Virus record (IMG/VR): IMGVR_UViG_3300032313_000668
Span: 54,252 to 118,251 of that record
DNA: 64,000 nt
Source of the DNA: a virus
Reading direction: 5' to 3' (one strand)
Part shown: positions 1 through 9,740 of the stretch, in pieces
Layout: every line of letters starts with the position of its first letter
Numbering within the stretch: the stretch's first letter is position 1
Position numbers and translations under genes: made by a program
The notes under the pieces: generated by a model
What the model was told of the DNA's origin: nothing
What the model saw: the letters and a program-made list of their open reading frames with translations, nothing else
Database searches by the model: none

Positions 1-25
1 TCAATTAGAACGTAAAGACCTTCCA

Positions 26-376
26 TTAGATGTAGTCCTCTCCATACTTGGCATCCATAGCATCTGCATATATCTGCTCGTCTGCAATAAGGTCATCAAT
101 TTCATCAGCAGTTTCACCTTCAATAGGGTGTAGTGCAATTCCGTTGATGTTATAGGCAGCAAGAAGAGCCCATCCTTCGGGGGTTGTTGGTATCTCTTCT
201 TCGGGTCTACTTAAAGTCAGTCCTTGAATACGGTCTTGGTCAAAGGCGCTAAAAGCTTCCTTACGACCCTCCGCAACAATATATTGTGCTTGCTTTTCAT
301 TAGCAACAATAGAGAACATGTAGTCCATGTCTCGAATAACATCACCGCTATAGAAGCGATATACCTGTGCAGTCAC
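26..376 (-). CDS. Small acidic hypothetical protein directly downstream of the giant protein
   Basis: 116-aa ORF starting 1 nt after the giant ORF stop; its TAA overlaps the ATG of a further gene that runs off the window start. Confidence 0.8.
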   Translation of the reverse strand: MTAQVYRFYSGDVIRDMDYMFSIVANEKQAQYIVAEGRKEAFSAFDQDRIQGLTLSRPEEEIPTTPEGWALLAAYNINGIALHPIEGETADEIDDLIADEQIYADAMDAKYGEDYI

Positions 377-377
377 T

Positions 378-3300
378 TTAGTCCCTTCCTGTCATCTTGC
401 GCCATTCATTAACATCAATAGCTTCAATTTCTTTTAGTCTCTGTATGATACGAGCCAACTGAGCAGGGCGCATTTGTCCTGGTTCTAATGACTCAAGATA
501 TTGAATCGCCTGTTGGATGCTCATATCTACAAGTTTCTTGTAAGCCTCAGCGCCTAGCTTCTTGGCCATTTGCTCAACAATAGCGCCACCATCACGTCCA
601 TAGCGACCAATTCTTAAAGCAAATTCCTTTGCATCATACATGTTTCGTGACTTGTCATCGTTAAGAGCAGAAGCAAATCCGTGGTCGATAGGTATGATAT
701 GAGCATTTTCATGTCCGTTATCTCCTACACCAGCAGCGTCAATATTTCCAAACTGGAAATTAACGTGGTGGCGGTCAGTATTACTAATAACTGCATCCAA
801 GATACCCATACGGATAGTGTCGATTAGGGTTGCTTTTTCAGCAGCACCTTCTGTGCGACCAATTTTGTTCTCGACATTAACAAATCCAGTAGCTGGTCCA
901 GTTAGGCGAAGAGTGTCACCAGCAAATGTCTGAACTACAACACCTGGGTCAAGTTCGTGCACCTCGGAGAATACACGACCACCAATTCCAAGAGCAGCAG
1001 TAATACGAGCAACTTCTGCTTCGGCGCGAGCTGCCTGCGGAGTCTGCTCACGTTTGAACATAAACTTCTGTCCAGTGGCTTTGTCAGTTACGAAGAAGTT
1101 CTCTCCGCTGTTAATACCAGTGCTTACCTGCTTGACTGTAAAACCAGTGTCCTGACCATCAATAACTAGGTCTCCATTTGGTCCAGCTTTTTTAGCTGCA
1201 GCAAAGAATTTTTTAGGCTCTATTGTCATTAAGCGAAGGCCAATTGCACCTAAGTCATTACGCTGTGGCTGGTAGAAGTCACGTTCTTGATGAAGCGCTA
1301 TTGCCAAATCAACTAGCTCTGAAGCAGTCTCCTTGTCTTTACCACTACTCTTTAGAAGCTCTGAAACTTTTTGTGCTACGGCTTGACGCTCGCGGAGGTC
1401 AAGTGCAGCCATTGGGTTAGCGTCACCATTGAAGAATTCCTGAATCTTATCTTTGAATGGGCGTAGGAAAGGAGAATCTTCAAAGACTTTATCATCAGCG
1501 AATAACGCTTTTATTTTTTCTTTTGCTTGGAATTTATTCTCCCCCGCTGCAACGCGGTCTTCAGCAAGTGCAATTGGGTCAACTTCTTCTAAGTTAATTC
1601 CAGCAAATGGACGTATAGGACGCTCTAGTACACGACGTACCATGAAGTCTTGCATCTCTTGAAGCTTGTCTCCAAACTCCTTATACTTCTCATCATTGGC
1701 ACCATTTAGACCACGAATTGCTTCGCTTAGGTTACTCATATCTGCTACTAGTGGGTCAGCAGCTGAACTTAAGTTATCGCGGAAGTTACGAAGATTATCT
1801 AGAGCACGAATTGGCTTGCGGTCAGCGTCTTCATCTTCATCTTTTGGAAGACGGTCGATAATTTGCTCAACTAATTTAAGGAAGTCATCCTTAGATTCCT
1901 TACCTTCTCCAGGCATAATGTCTTCTGGAAGCTCAGCGTTACGGCGAGCTAAGAACTTATCGCGGGCTTCACCTTTGAGTAGATTCTTTTTCTCAACTAG
2001 TTGGTCAAGAGCCTTCTGAGCAAACTCAGCAATCTGCTTTTCCTCATCGTTTCCGTATGCATTGACCTTCTCAATAATCTTCTGAAGAGGTGTGTCATCA
2101 AAATTCTTTAGAGCATTTTCGTCTCCATTAGCAAGACGTTCTGCAGCATCGAGACCTTTTTGAGCATATTCGCCAGCGCGACGAACTTGACGGTCTGCAT
2201 CAATTTCATTTGGCTGAGGAAGTTTCTCTTGAAGTGCCTTAAAGATATCTACAAGGTTGTCCTTGTCTAACTCAGCGGGAGTTCCAATAACTAGATTTTC
2301 ATCAAATGGCTTAGCAAGACGTTTCTTGTAAGCAGCAAGACGCTGTTCACGGAAGATAGCCTTGTTATCCTCGACTAGCTTGAGCATGTCCTCAAGCTTC
2401 TGAGCAATCTCATCTTGACGTGGGTCTTTACGACGACGCAATTGTTCAATAGCACGTTTGATTTCATAATCACCGATAGTGTCTGGGTCGTTATTCTCTA
2501 GTTGAGCTCGGTAACTACGGATTCTATCCGCTGCACGATATAAATCATCGTCTGCATCGCGTTCTTCAGATGTCGGAAGAAGTGCAATAACTGCATCAAG
2601 TGCACCAGCAACCTTTTCGCGGTTTAGTTCTTCGGCATTTGCTGGGAAAGCATCATCTGCAAGTGGTTGATTCATACGTTGAATGAACTTAGCGTGACGA
2701 ACTGCACGGTCAGCAAGAGCTTTTTCATTGATAACACCATTTAGTGCCTCAAGTTTATCTGCTAAAGCATTCTGAGCATCAGCATCAATTCCTGCTCTAC
2801 GGATGTACTTGATTGCACTATCTAGATAGTCTGGGTCTAAACGGTCAAAGTCTGCTTCACCAAGACGTTCTAGTTTGTCAATAGCGTTACGAACATACTG
2901 ACCACCTTGATATAAGTCTCGGTCAATGTCATAGTTTTGACGGTTTGGTAGACGGTTGTCGAACTCTTTCAAAACATCAATAACACCTTGACGATTTAGA
3001 GCATCAACATTCTCTGGGATAGCTACACCATCTATAGGATTCTTTAGATTCTCGGCAATTGCATCTGCACGCTTCTTGCGAATCTCTGCTTTCTTAGCAT
3101 CAATATTGTCACGAAGTTTCTCAAGCTCTGGAAGGATTTGAGCCTTTAGAGCAGGGTCAACAATTTTGCTTGCATAACGAATAGCATCGTTAATTTCATA
3201 TGAACCAACTCGGTCAACTGGACCACGACCTAATTCCTCATTCAACTCATCAATACGACGACGTGCCCAACGAGCATTGCGCTCTGCACGATTGTTGCGG

Positions 3301-6300
3301 AACTTGGGCATCTTTGCAGCAAGTTCACCTAGCTTGGCGCGAATTGCTTCGGGGTCTTCTAGGTCAACGAACGGGTCTCCTGCTGCCGCTGCAGGTGCTT
3401 CAGGAACTGGAGCAACCTCTGGAGCAACTTCTTCTACTGCAGGAGCTTCTGCTGCTGGAGCTTGAGGTGCTTCAACTGATGGAGCTTTTTCCTCTATTGC
3501 AGGTGCAGCTGGAACTGCTGGTGCTGCTGGAGCTTCTGCGTTATCCATGCGATAAACATTCGGAAGTTCAAAGCCCTTTGCAATTGGGTTGTACTCCCAC
3601 TGACGACCATTTGGGTACTCAACTTTGATGCGAACTGCACGGTCTAGGTCTTCAATTGCTACAACGCGACCAATGTTCTTGTCACCCTTTGTAGGTAGGA
3701 AGTCACCAACCTTTACATCACCTGCAGCAAAAGCCTGAGGCTTCACATTTTCTTTGAACCAATCAATGTCGTGTACAAATGAAGGCTTAGCAACTGGCTG
3801 TCCTTCTACGGCTTCTGGCACAACGCCATCAGCTACATTCTTTACATCGCCAACAACTTCTTCAACTTCTGCATCAGCAGCATCTACTGCTTCATTACCC
3901 TTACGAGGCTTCTTACGACGCTCTGCAAGTGCGATGTCCATTTCTTCTTGGTTCATCCAGTTAATGCGTGGCTCTGCATCGAAACGCTGCTTAGCAACGG
4001 CACCATCAACGTGACGCTGGAAGCGTGAAGCAAACTTACGAACGTCTCCGTTTGGATACTTAACTAGAACATAGTCAACGTATACAACACCCTTACGTTG
4101 TAGTCCACCAATTTCTCCTTGGACTTTACCAATTACTTCACCCTCGCCATACTTATCTGCCTTGGCTGGGTTTTCGTGAATAACCTTGTCACCAATTGCT
4201 AGTGGGTTACCGTTTGAGTCTGCGTAAAGACCTGCAAGCATGCGTAGGAACACCTGACGACGATACTTCTCAGGGATTGGAGGCAGGTTGCGACGCCCAC
4301 GACCATCTGAGCGAAGAAGCAAACCATCGCGCTGCTCTTTAATTTGCTCAGCAAGTGCATCAGCCATTGCATCAATGTTGTTGCGTCCGCCTTCAGAGGC
4401 TGCCTTGCGGTCAGGGAAGTTCTCAACAATCTGAGCAACTACTTCACCTTCGTCAACAACTTTTGCATCTGACTTGAAAACAATTTCTGCATCTACAAGC
4501 TGCGGAGTAATTTCGTTCTGACCTTCACCAACTGGTAGGTCCTCAACAACTTCAACAACTGGAAGTTGGTCAACGTTTGCTGGTTCCACACCAACAGCAA
4601 CTGACTTCTCTTTAGACTCTGGCTTACCTTCATTACGACGAGCAGCGTCTGCCTGCTCTACAGCAGCGCGACGTAGAAGTGCTTTACCTTCTGCCTCTGC
4701 ACCAGCTTGTGATAAGTAGCGTCCCTCGAATACATAAATTTCATTTCCTTCATTGTCAAGGATTCGACCCTTAGCAATAAATTCATCTCCGTCTTGAGTA
4801 ATCTCAAGTACAGCATTTCCAGCAGCAACAGTAACTGCTTGCTTGTTTACATCTTCAGGTGTGCGCTCTACTTCTGGAAGTGGTTCGCCTGCAAGTTCTG
4901 CACGGTTCTTAGGACGACGAACTTCATCTAGGAATGCATTTTGATTCCAGAAAACAACTTTCTGTTCGCCTTCAGGATTTTGGACAACAATACGGCGCTT
5001 GAATTCCTCGACACCAAATTCTTCTCCACCACGGATGGATACAACTTGGAAGAATTCTTCTTTGTCTTTAATAGCTTTAACAAAGTCTCCAGGACGTAAG
5101 TCATTAGCCTTAATTTCACCACGGAACAGCTGGTCAACCTTCTCAAGGTCATTAGCAAACTCAGGTTCTGCAATGCGCATCTTGCCGTCGGGGAATGCAG
5201 AATCAATCTGCACATCAACAAGGTCAGCTTGTGGCTTTGGAGCCTGCTCTGGATTATCCATTGCACCAACATTGTCGATTGGGCCTTCTGGAAGTGCAGC
5301 AGGAATCTCTTTCTGAATCTCTGCAAGGTCTACTGGCTTACCAGCAAGTCCATCACGAAGAGCCTTCTTTGCAACATAATCTGCAGCGGCTTTATTAAAC
5401 TCATCGATGCGTGGCTGTAGTGCTGCCATCTTTGCATCGTAGGCAGCCTTCTGTGCGTCTGCATCAAGAGCAGCTACACCGAAATCACCACTAGCAGCAA
5501 GGTCAATAAGTTTTGTAAATGCTTGAGCTGTCACTTCTGCATCATTTAGACCATCATGCCAGTTTTCATTTTTAATTCCTAGGAATTCGGCAATTACACC
5601 AAGACCCTTTTTATCTGGAGCATCTGGCGCATCCTTAAAGATTTCTGCAGCCATTCCCATGGTGTCAGCCATGCCAGCAGGGTTCCACTCAAGGCCAAGT
5701 TCTGCAGCCTTACGTTTCATAATTTCGTCGTCAAACTTTGCGTTCTGTGCAATAGCAAGTGGGTTTGCGCCAGCCCATTCTAAGAACTGCGCAAGTCCTT
5801 CTGCTTGACTTGGCTTATCAGCAAAGAACTCATCAGTTAGCGGATTGCCATCTGGGTCTTTTGCATTTTCCCCAGCGTATGTACCCTTAAGACTTCTGCC
5901 TGGGTTCATAAAGATATTGATACGGTCAACAATCTTGCCATCGCGCATCTTAACTGCAGCAATCTGCCAAGGTTCATTGCCGTCTTTTACATCTACGCCA
6001 GTTGTCTCAAAGTCAAAAACAATCAGGTCTTGACCTGCAAGCTTTTTCTTAAACTCTGCCCAATTACCTTGAGCTTCTTTAGCCCACTCAGCAAACTTGC
6101 CCATAAACGCTGGGTATGCAGGTTCGCGGGGTTTTGGTGGAAGTTTAATGTTGTCTTCAAGTTTATTTTCACCAGTAACATCACCAAAAGAAACAATTGG
6201 AAGATTCTCTGGTGGAATCCAACGACCCTTTACTTCTGCAAGCTTTGCTTCATGCTCAGCGTTGAGAGCTGTATCTTCAATTGGGAACCAACCACCCTTA

Positions 6301-9300
6301 GGTCCTCGACCTGCTGGACGGTGTAGCGAACCTTCACCAAGTTGCGGTGCTTGGTCTTCAGGAATGCCACGATAAACTTCAATGCGTGTGTCAGGCTTCC
6401 ACTGCTTCTCTTGTAGACCTTGACCTGGGTAATGACCAACAATAATAATCTTGTCGCCTTCTCCAGCCTTGATATCAACAATGCGGAAGTGGTCCTTAGT
6501 GCTAATGTCGCCAATCTGAAGGTCTTTTGCTTTTACCTTAACAATGAATGGGCCATTTGGTGGTCCACCAGCTGCGGCTGCAGGTAGTGCATCAGCCTGT
6601 GCAGCGTTATCAACAAATCCATCTTCTTCGCGCTTTGTTGGGTCAACAAAGTTTGCGCTAGCGGCTTGTACTGCAGCTTTATGTGCTGCTAGGTCTGCTG
6701 CATATTTTTCTTGTATGGCTGGGTCTTTTGCACCCCACTCGCCGTCAATCTTCTTCATGTCCTTGCGACCACCAACGTAGTCTTCAAGTTTTGGTTTATT
6801 TAGTGGTTCAGCGTTGCCCTTTGCAGGAGCAGCAGCACCACGAATAACTTCAATCTTTCCTTCAGCAAACCAGTCACGGTCTTGTGTTTGGTGACCTGGG
6901 TAATAGCCCTTAACGTTAATACGATTACGGCCCTTATCCTTTTGACCACCCTCACTCAAGTCTGCAGGGGCTGCAACTTCTTCAATAACAAAGAACTCGT
7001 TATCGCGAACTGCAATATCACCAGGCTGTAGATTTTTAGCAGCAACCATTTCACGACGTGGCTCGCCCATTGCAAGGTCAGCCTCTTGTGAACCTAGTCG
7101 TTCGACTCCTTCGGCAGCTTCTGCTCTTCCTTCAGCTCCCTGAGGTGCAATATCTGCTGGTAGTCCTGCCTTTGGTTCAGCGGCGTCGGGTCTTTGCGCG
7201 TTCTGCGGAGCTTGCTGCGGGGCTTCGGCTGGTTCTTCTTGGACATTTTCCCCTTCCAGTGCATCGACAATCTCTTGGTTAGACGGTTCGTTGTCGTTAC
7301 CTTCGGCATAGATGTCTTTAAGCAAGGCGTTTGTATCTTCACCTTGAAGCTGTAGTGCATCACGGATTGCTTCACCTGGAACAGAGGCTTGGTATGCCTC
7401 GCCCTCTGGTGTTTCTTGGGCAAGAATGCCATGTCCTGGCATGTTGTTTGCTGGCTCTACGGCACGACGAAGTTCACCCTTAAGTTCTTCTTTGTCATAT
7501 CCAAGAGCAATATCTACTGGGTTGTTTGAGAAACCTTCTGGAGCATCTGCTGGTACGTCAACGATGGCTTCATTAAATGGCTCGTTGTCTAAAGCAACAT
7601 ATCCCTCGGGGACATCCTGCTCTTGATTTTCTGGCAAATACTTTTTGTAGTCACCATTGTCAATAAAGTCGCGCTGCTCTTCAGGAGTCATGCCCTCGAT
7701 TAGAGGTGGCAATTCTTTTGTAGGAACTTTAGCAACAGGTGCTTCTGCAACGTCTGCTTCAGCAAGTGCATCAGCCATTTCTTTTTTCTCAAACTTGTAT
7801 AGGTCATCAAGGAACTTGTCAACATCGACGCCTTGTTCCTTCAGTGCGTTGTAAAGAGCTTCCGCTGGAACGCGCTCATCGCCTTCTTGGAATGGAAGAC
7901 GGCCAACACCTGTAGCAGGGTCTTCTGGAGTTCCTTCTACGGCATCCTTAAGAGATTCTTGCAACTCTTCTTGGTCAAACTTCTGTGCAAGTTCTGCAGG
8001 GTCATCTGTAAAGTCTGGAGACTCCTGACCATTGATTGGGCCCTCTGGCTTGTACTCATCGCGGTCTACTTCATAAGCACCCTTAGGAGCAAACCTTTCA
8101 CGGATACGCTCCATGAGACCAGGCTCTTCGTCTGGTAAGAAAACCTGACGCTCAGTATTGCGAAGCATCTCGCCAGAATCTCTATCAACGATAGAGCCAT
8201 CTGGAAGAAGCGCCCAGTTCTTACGTGGGTCTAGCGGAACTAGTCCACCATTCTTACGGAAGTCTTTTAGGCTCTTGCGGTACTCGCTTAGCTCTGCGCG
8301 AGATGCCTTCGGGTTACCAGGAATAAACTCTGTGCCCTCAGGGAATTCGCTAGCGCCGTCTTCTGGAAGTTCTGCAACTGGCTTGGCTGGTGGTTTATCT
8401 CCACCATCATCTCCGCCACCCATACGGTCTGGGCTTGGGTTTTCGTTTTTCTCAAAGCGTGGCTCATCTTGTCCAATAAAGTCTTGTACTTCTGCCCATG
8501 ACTGAACAGCAGCAAATGGACGGTCATCTTCTTGTCCTCGACGATTTACTAAAAATACTGGCTTGTTAGGGTCAAGCTCACCATTAGCGCCATCACCCTG
8601 TGCAACAACATTTTGGCCTTCACGCTCACGTTGCTGTGCCATTTCAAACTGGTCTTTAGCAAACTGATTGTTTTCCATTTTGATGACGTCATATGCATCA
8701 TCTGTGTACTTAACTCCGAGGTCAACGTTCTCGCCATAAAGGTCTTGGTCTTCTTTCTTTGGAGACCATGCATCATCGCGACGGAAACCTTCTGGTGCCT
8801 CAATCTCGATAAGGTCTGCTTCGTTAAGTACTGGGTCTTTTGCTGAAGCCTTTGCTGCACCCTTTGAGTAGCCATCCTTGGTCTGCTGACTTGGGATGAT
8901 TGCTTTAATTGCTTCTACATTGCCTGCTGGAACACGGAATAGTCTTCCATCTGGAGTTTCCATATCGAAAGTGTCGCCTTCGATTCCCTGAGAAACAGCG
9001 CGACCATTCAAATTCTGAATCATGCCATTAACACGACGGATAAGTGCACGGAGACCGCCACCCATTTCAGCAAAGCGACCCTTACGGTCACGACGCTGAC
9101 GCATTGCACGAGCACGACGAGCTGCAGAAGAGTTTCCATCTCCTAGAGCTGCAAGAAGTGCATACTGAGGAATTTGTCCTTCTGGGAAAGACTCGAGGCG
9201 AGCAACAGAGTATTCGTACTCTGCAGAAGCTGGGTGTGCAGTAAGTGCAGATGCAAGAAGTGTCTTGATTGCTGCGTCTTTAATAGTTGGGTCATCAGTC

Positions 9301-9740
9301 ACCCAACGGGCACGGGACTGCATCAATGATGCGGTAGTCATATCATGTGCACGAGTTGAACGTGGGTGTGCAACTGGAAGAAGGTCTGTGTGTTCTGGCT
9401 TACCGTTTAGGACACGGTTTTGTTGAGCAAGAGTGACGTACTGAGAAAGTTCTGTAAGAGCGCGGTGCTTGCGAACAGAGAAAGGCTCTGCTTCATTCTT
9501 AGCAATCGAGCGGTCAACAATTGTCAATGCTGCACGAGCTGTAACTAAACGAGTACCAGTAAATTCGGTGTTGGCTTCTTTAACAAGAGCGAGGGCAGCA
9601 TCTTTAATCTTTTGTGTCTGCTCTTCAATAGTGCTGAGATTCTTTGCACGCTTGATAGGTACGCAGTTAGGCACTTTTTTCCCGTTCTTCATTTTCATTC
9701 CGATTTGCTCGTATCCGTCCCAGCAAGGATTCTCAGCCAT
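378..9740 (-). CDS. Giant multidomain head-operon protein with DEDDh 3'-5' exonuclease and C-terminal HipA/PI3-PI4-kinase-like domain
   Basis: 3120-aa ORF; VFDFETTG...AQNAKFD...DT...HDGLNDA (DnaQ family, about 5500-6030); FMFKRE...E...LDAVISNTDRHHVN...PIDHG (kinase-like, about 430-1140); N-terminal PCWxGY...GKKVPNCVP and RDRKGRF motifs; internal repeats. Confidence 0.85.
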   Translation of the reverse strand: MAENPCWDGYEQIGMKMKNGKKVPNCVPIKRAKNLSTIEEQTQKIKDAALALVKEANTEFTGTRLVTARAALTIVDRSIAKNEAEPFSVRKHRALTELSQYVTLAQQNRVLNGKPEHTDLLPVAHPRSTRAHDMTTASLMQSRARWVTDDPTIKDAAIKTLLASALTAHPASAEYEYSVARLESFPEGQIPQYALLAALGDGNSSAARRARAMRQRRDRKGRFAEMGGGLRALIRRVNGMIQNLNGRAVSQGIEGDTFDMETPDGRLFRVPAGNVEAIKAIIPSQQTKDGYSKGAAKASAKDPVLNEADLIEIEAPEGFRRDDAWSPKKEDQDLYGENVDLGVKYTDDAYDVIKMENNQFAKDQFEMAQQREREGQNVVAQGDGANGELDPNKPVFLVNRRGQEDDRPFAAVQSWAEVQDFIGQDEPRFEKNENPSPDRMGGGDDGGDKPPAKPVAELPEDGASEFPEGTEFIPGNPKASRAELSEYRKSLKDFRKNGGLVPLDPRKNWALLPDGSIVDRDSGEMLRNTERQVFLPDEEPGLMERIRERFAPKGAYEVDRDEYKPEGPINGQESPDFTDDPAELAQKFDQEELQESLKDAVEGTPEDPATGVGRLPFQEGDERVPAEALYNALKEQGVDVDKFLDDLYKFEKKEMADALAEADVAEAPVAKVPTKELPPLIEGMTPEEQRDFIDNGDYKKYLPENQEQDVPEGYVALDNEPFNEAIVDVPADAPEGFSNNPVDIALGYDKEELKGELRRAVEPANNMPGHGILAQETPEGEAYQASVPGEAIRDALQLQGEDTNALLKDIYAEGNDNEPSNQEIVDALEGENVQEEPAEAPQQAPQNAQRPDAAEPKAGLPADIAPQGAEGRAEAAEGVERLGSQEADLAMGEPRREMVAAKNLQPGDIAVRDNEFFVIEEVAAPADLSEGGQKDKGRNRINVKGYYPGHQTQDRDWFAEGKIEVIRGAAAPAKGNAEPLNKPKLEDYVGGRKDMKKIDGEWGAKDPAIQEKYAADLAAHKAAVQAASANFVDPTKREEDGFVDNAAQADALPAAAAGGPPNGPFIVKVKAKDLQIGDISTKDHFRIVDIKAGEGDKIIIVGHYPGQGLQEKQWKPDTRIEVYRGIPEDQAPQLGEGSLHRPAGRGPKGGWFPIEDTALNAEHEAKLAEVKGRWIPPENLPIVSFGDVTGENKLEDNIKLPPKPREPAYPAFMGKFAEWAKEAQGNWAEFKKKLAGQDLIVFDFETTGVDVKDGNEPWQIAAVKMRDGKIVDRINIFMNPGRSLKGTYAGENAKDPDGNPLTDEFFADKPSQAEGLAQFLEWAGANPLAIAQNAKFDDEIMKRKAAELGLEWNPAGMADTMGMAAEIFKDAPDAPDKKGLGVIAEFLGIKNENWHDGLNDAEVTAQAFTKLIDLAASGDFGVAALDADAQKAAYDAKMAALQPRIDEFNKAAADYVAKKALRDGLAGKPVDLAEIQKEIPAALPEGPIDNVGAMDNPEQAPKPQADLVDVQIDSAFPDGKMRIAEPEFANDLEKVDQLFRGEIKANDLRPGDFVKAIKDKEEFFQVVSIRGGEEFGVEEFKRRIVVQNPEGEQKVVFWNQNAFLDEVRRPKNRAELAGEPLPEVERTPEDVNKQAVTVAAGNAVLEITQDGDEFIAKGRILDNEGNEIYVFEGRYLSQAGAEAEGKALLRRAAVEQADAARRNEGKPESKEKSVAVGVEPANVDQLPVVEVVEDLPVGEGQNEITPQLVDAEIVFKSDAKVVDEGEVVAQIVENFPDRKAASEGGRNNIDAMADALAEQIKEQRDGLLLRSDGRGRRNLPPIPEKYRRQVFLRMLAGLYADSNGNPLAIGDKVIHENPAKADKYGEGEVIGKVQGEIGGLQRKGVVYVDYVLVKYPNGDVRKFASRFQRHVDGAVAKQRFDAEPRINWMNQEEMDIALAERRKKPRKGNEAVDAADAEVEEVVGDVKNVADGVVPEAVEGQPVAKPSFVHDIDWFKENVKPQAFAAGDVKVGDFLPTKGDKNIGRVVAIEDLDRAVRIKVEYPNGRQWEYNPIAKGFELPNVYRMDNAEAPAAPAVPAAPAIEEKAPSVEAPQAPAAEAPAVEEVAPEVAPVPEAPAAAAGDPFVDLEDPEAIRAKLGELAAKMPKFRNNRAERNARWARRRIDELNEELGRGPVDRVGSYEINDAIRYASKIVDPALKAQILPELEKLRDNIDAKKAEIRKKRADAIAENLKNPIDGVAIPENVDALNRQGVIDVLKEFDNRLPNRQNYDIDRDLYQGGQYVRNAIDKLERLGEADFDRLDPDYLDSAIKYIRRAGIDADAQNALADKLEALNGVINEKALADRAVRHAKFIQRMNQPLADDAFPANAEELNREKVAGALDAVIALLPTSEERDADDDLYRAADRIRSYRAQLENNDPDTIGDYEIKRAIEQLRRRKDPRQDEIAQKLEDMLKLVEDNKAIFREQRLAAYKKRLAKPFDENLVIGTPAELDKDNLVDIFKALQEKLPQPNEIDADRQVRRAGEYAQKGLDAAERLANGDENALKNFDDTPLQKIIEKVNAYGNDEEKQIAEFAQKALDQLVEKKNLLKGEARDKFLARRNAELPEDIMPGEGKESKDDFLKLVEQIIDRLPKDEDEDADRKPIRALDNLRNFRDNLSSAADPLVADMSNLSEAIRGLNGANDEKYKEFGDKLQEMQDFMVRRVLERPIRPFAGINLEEVDPIALAEDRVAAGENKFQAKEKIKALFADDKVFEDSPFLRPFKDKIQEFFNGDANPMAALDLRERQAVAQKVSELLKSSGKDKETASELVDLAIALHQERDFYQPQRNDLGAIGLRLMTIEPKKFFAAAKKAGPNGDLVIDGQDTGFTVKQVSTGINSGENFFVTDKATGQKFMFKREQTPQAARAEAEVARITAALGIGGRVFSEVHELDPGVVVQTFAGDTLRLTGPATGFVNVENKIGRTEGAAEKATLIDTIRMGILDAVISNTDRHHVNFQFGNIDAAGVGDNGHENAHIIPIDHGFASALNDDKSRNMYDAKEFALRIGRYGRDGGAIVEQMAKKLGAEAYKKLVDMSIQQAIQYLESLEPGQMRPAQLARIIQRLKEIEAIDVNEWRKMTGRD

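Noticed and set aside
3694-7050. A.DL..GD motifs in the giant protein as inteins or Hint domains
   Set aside because: No N-terminal Cys/Ser block or terminal HN motif is seen around them; treated as repeated beta modules.
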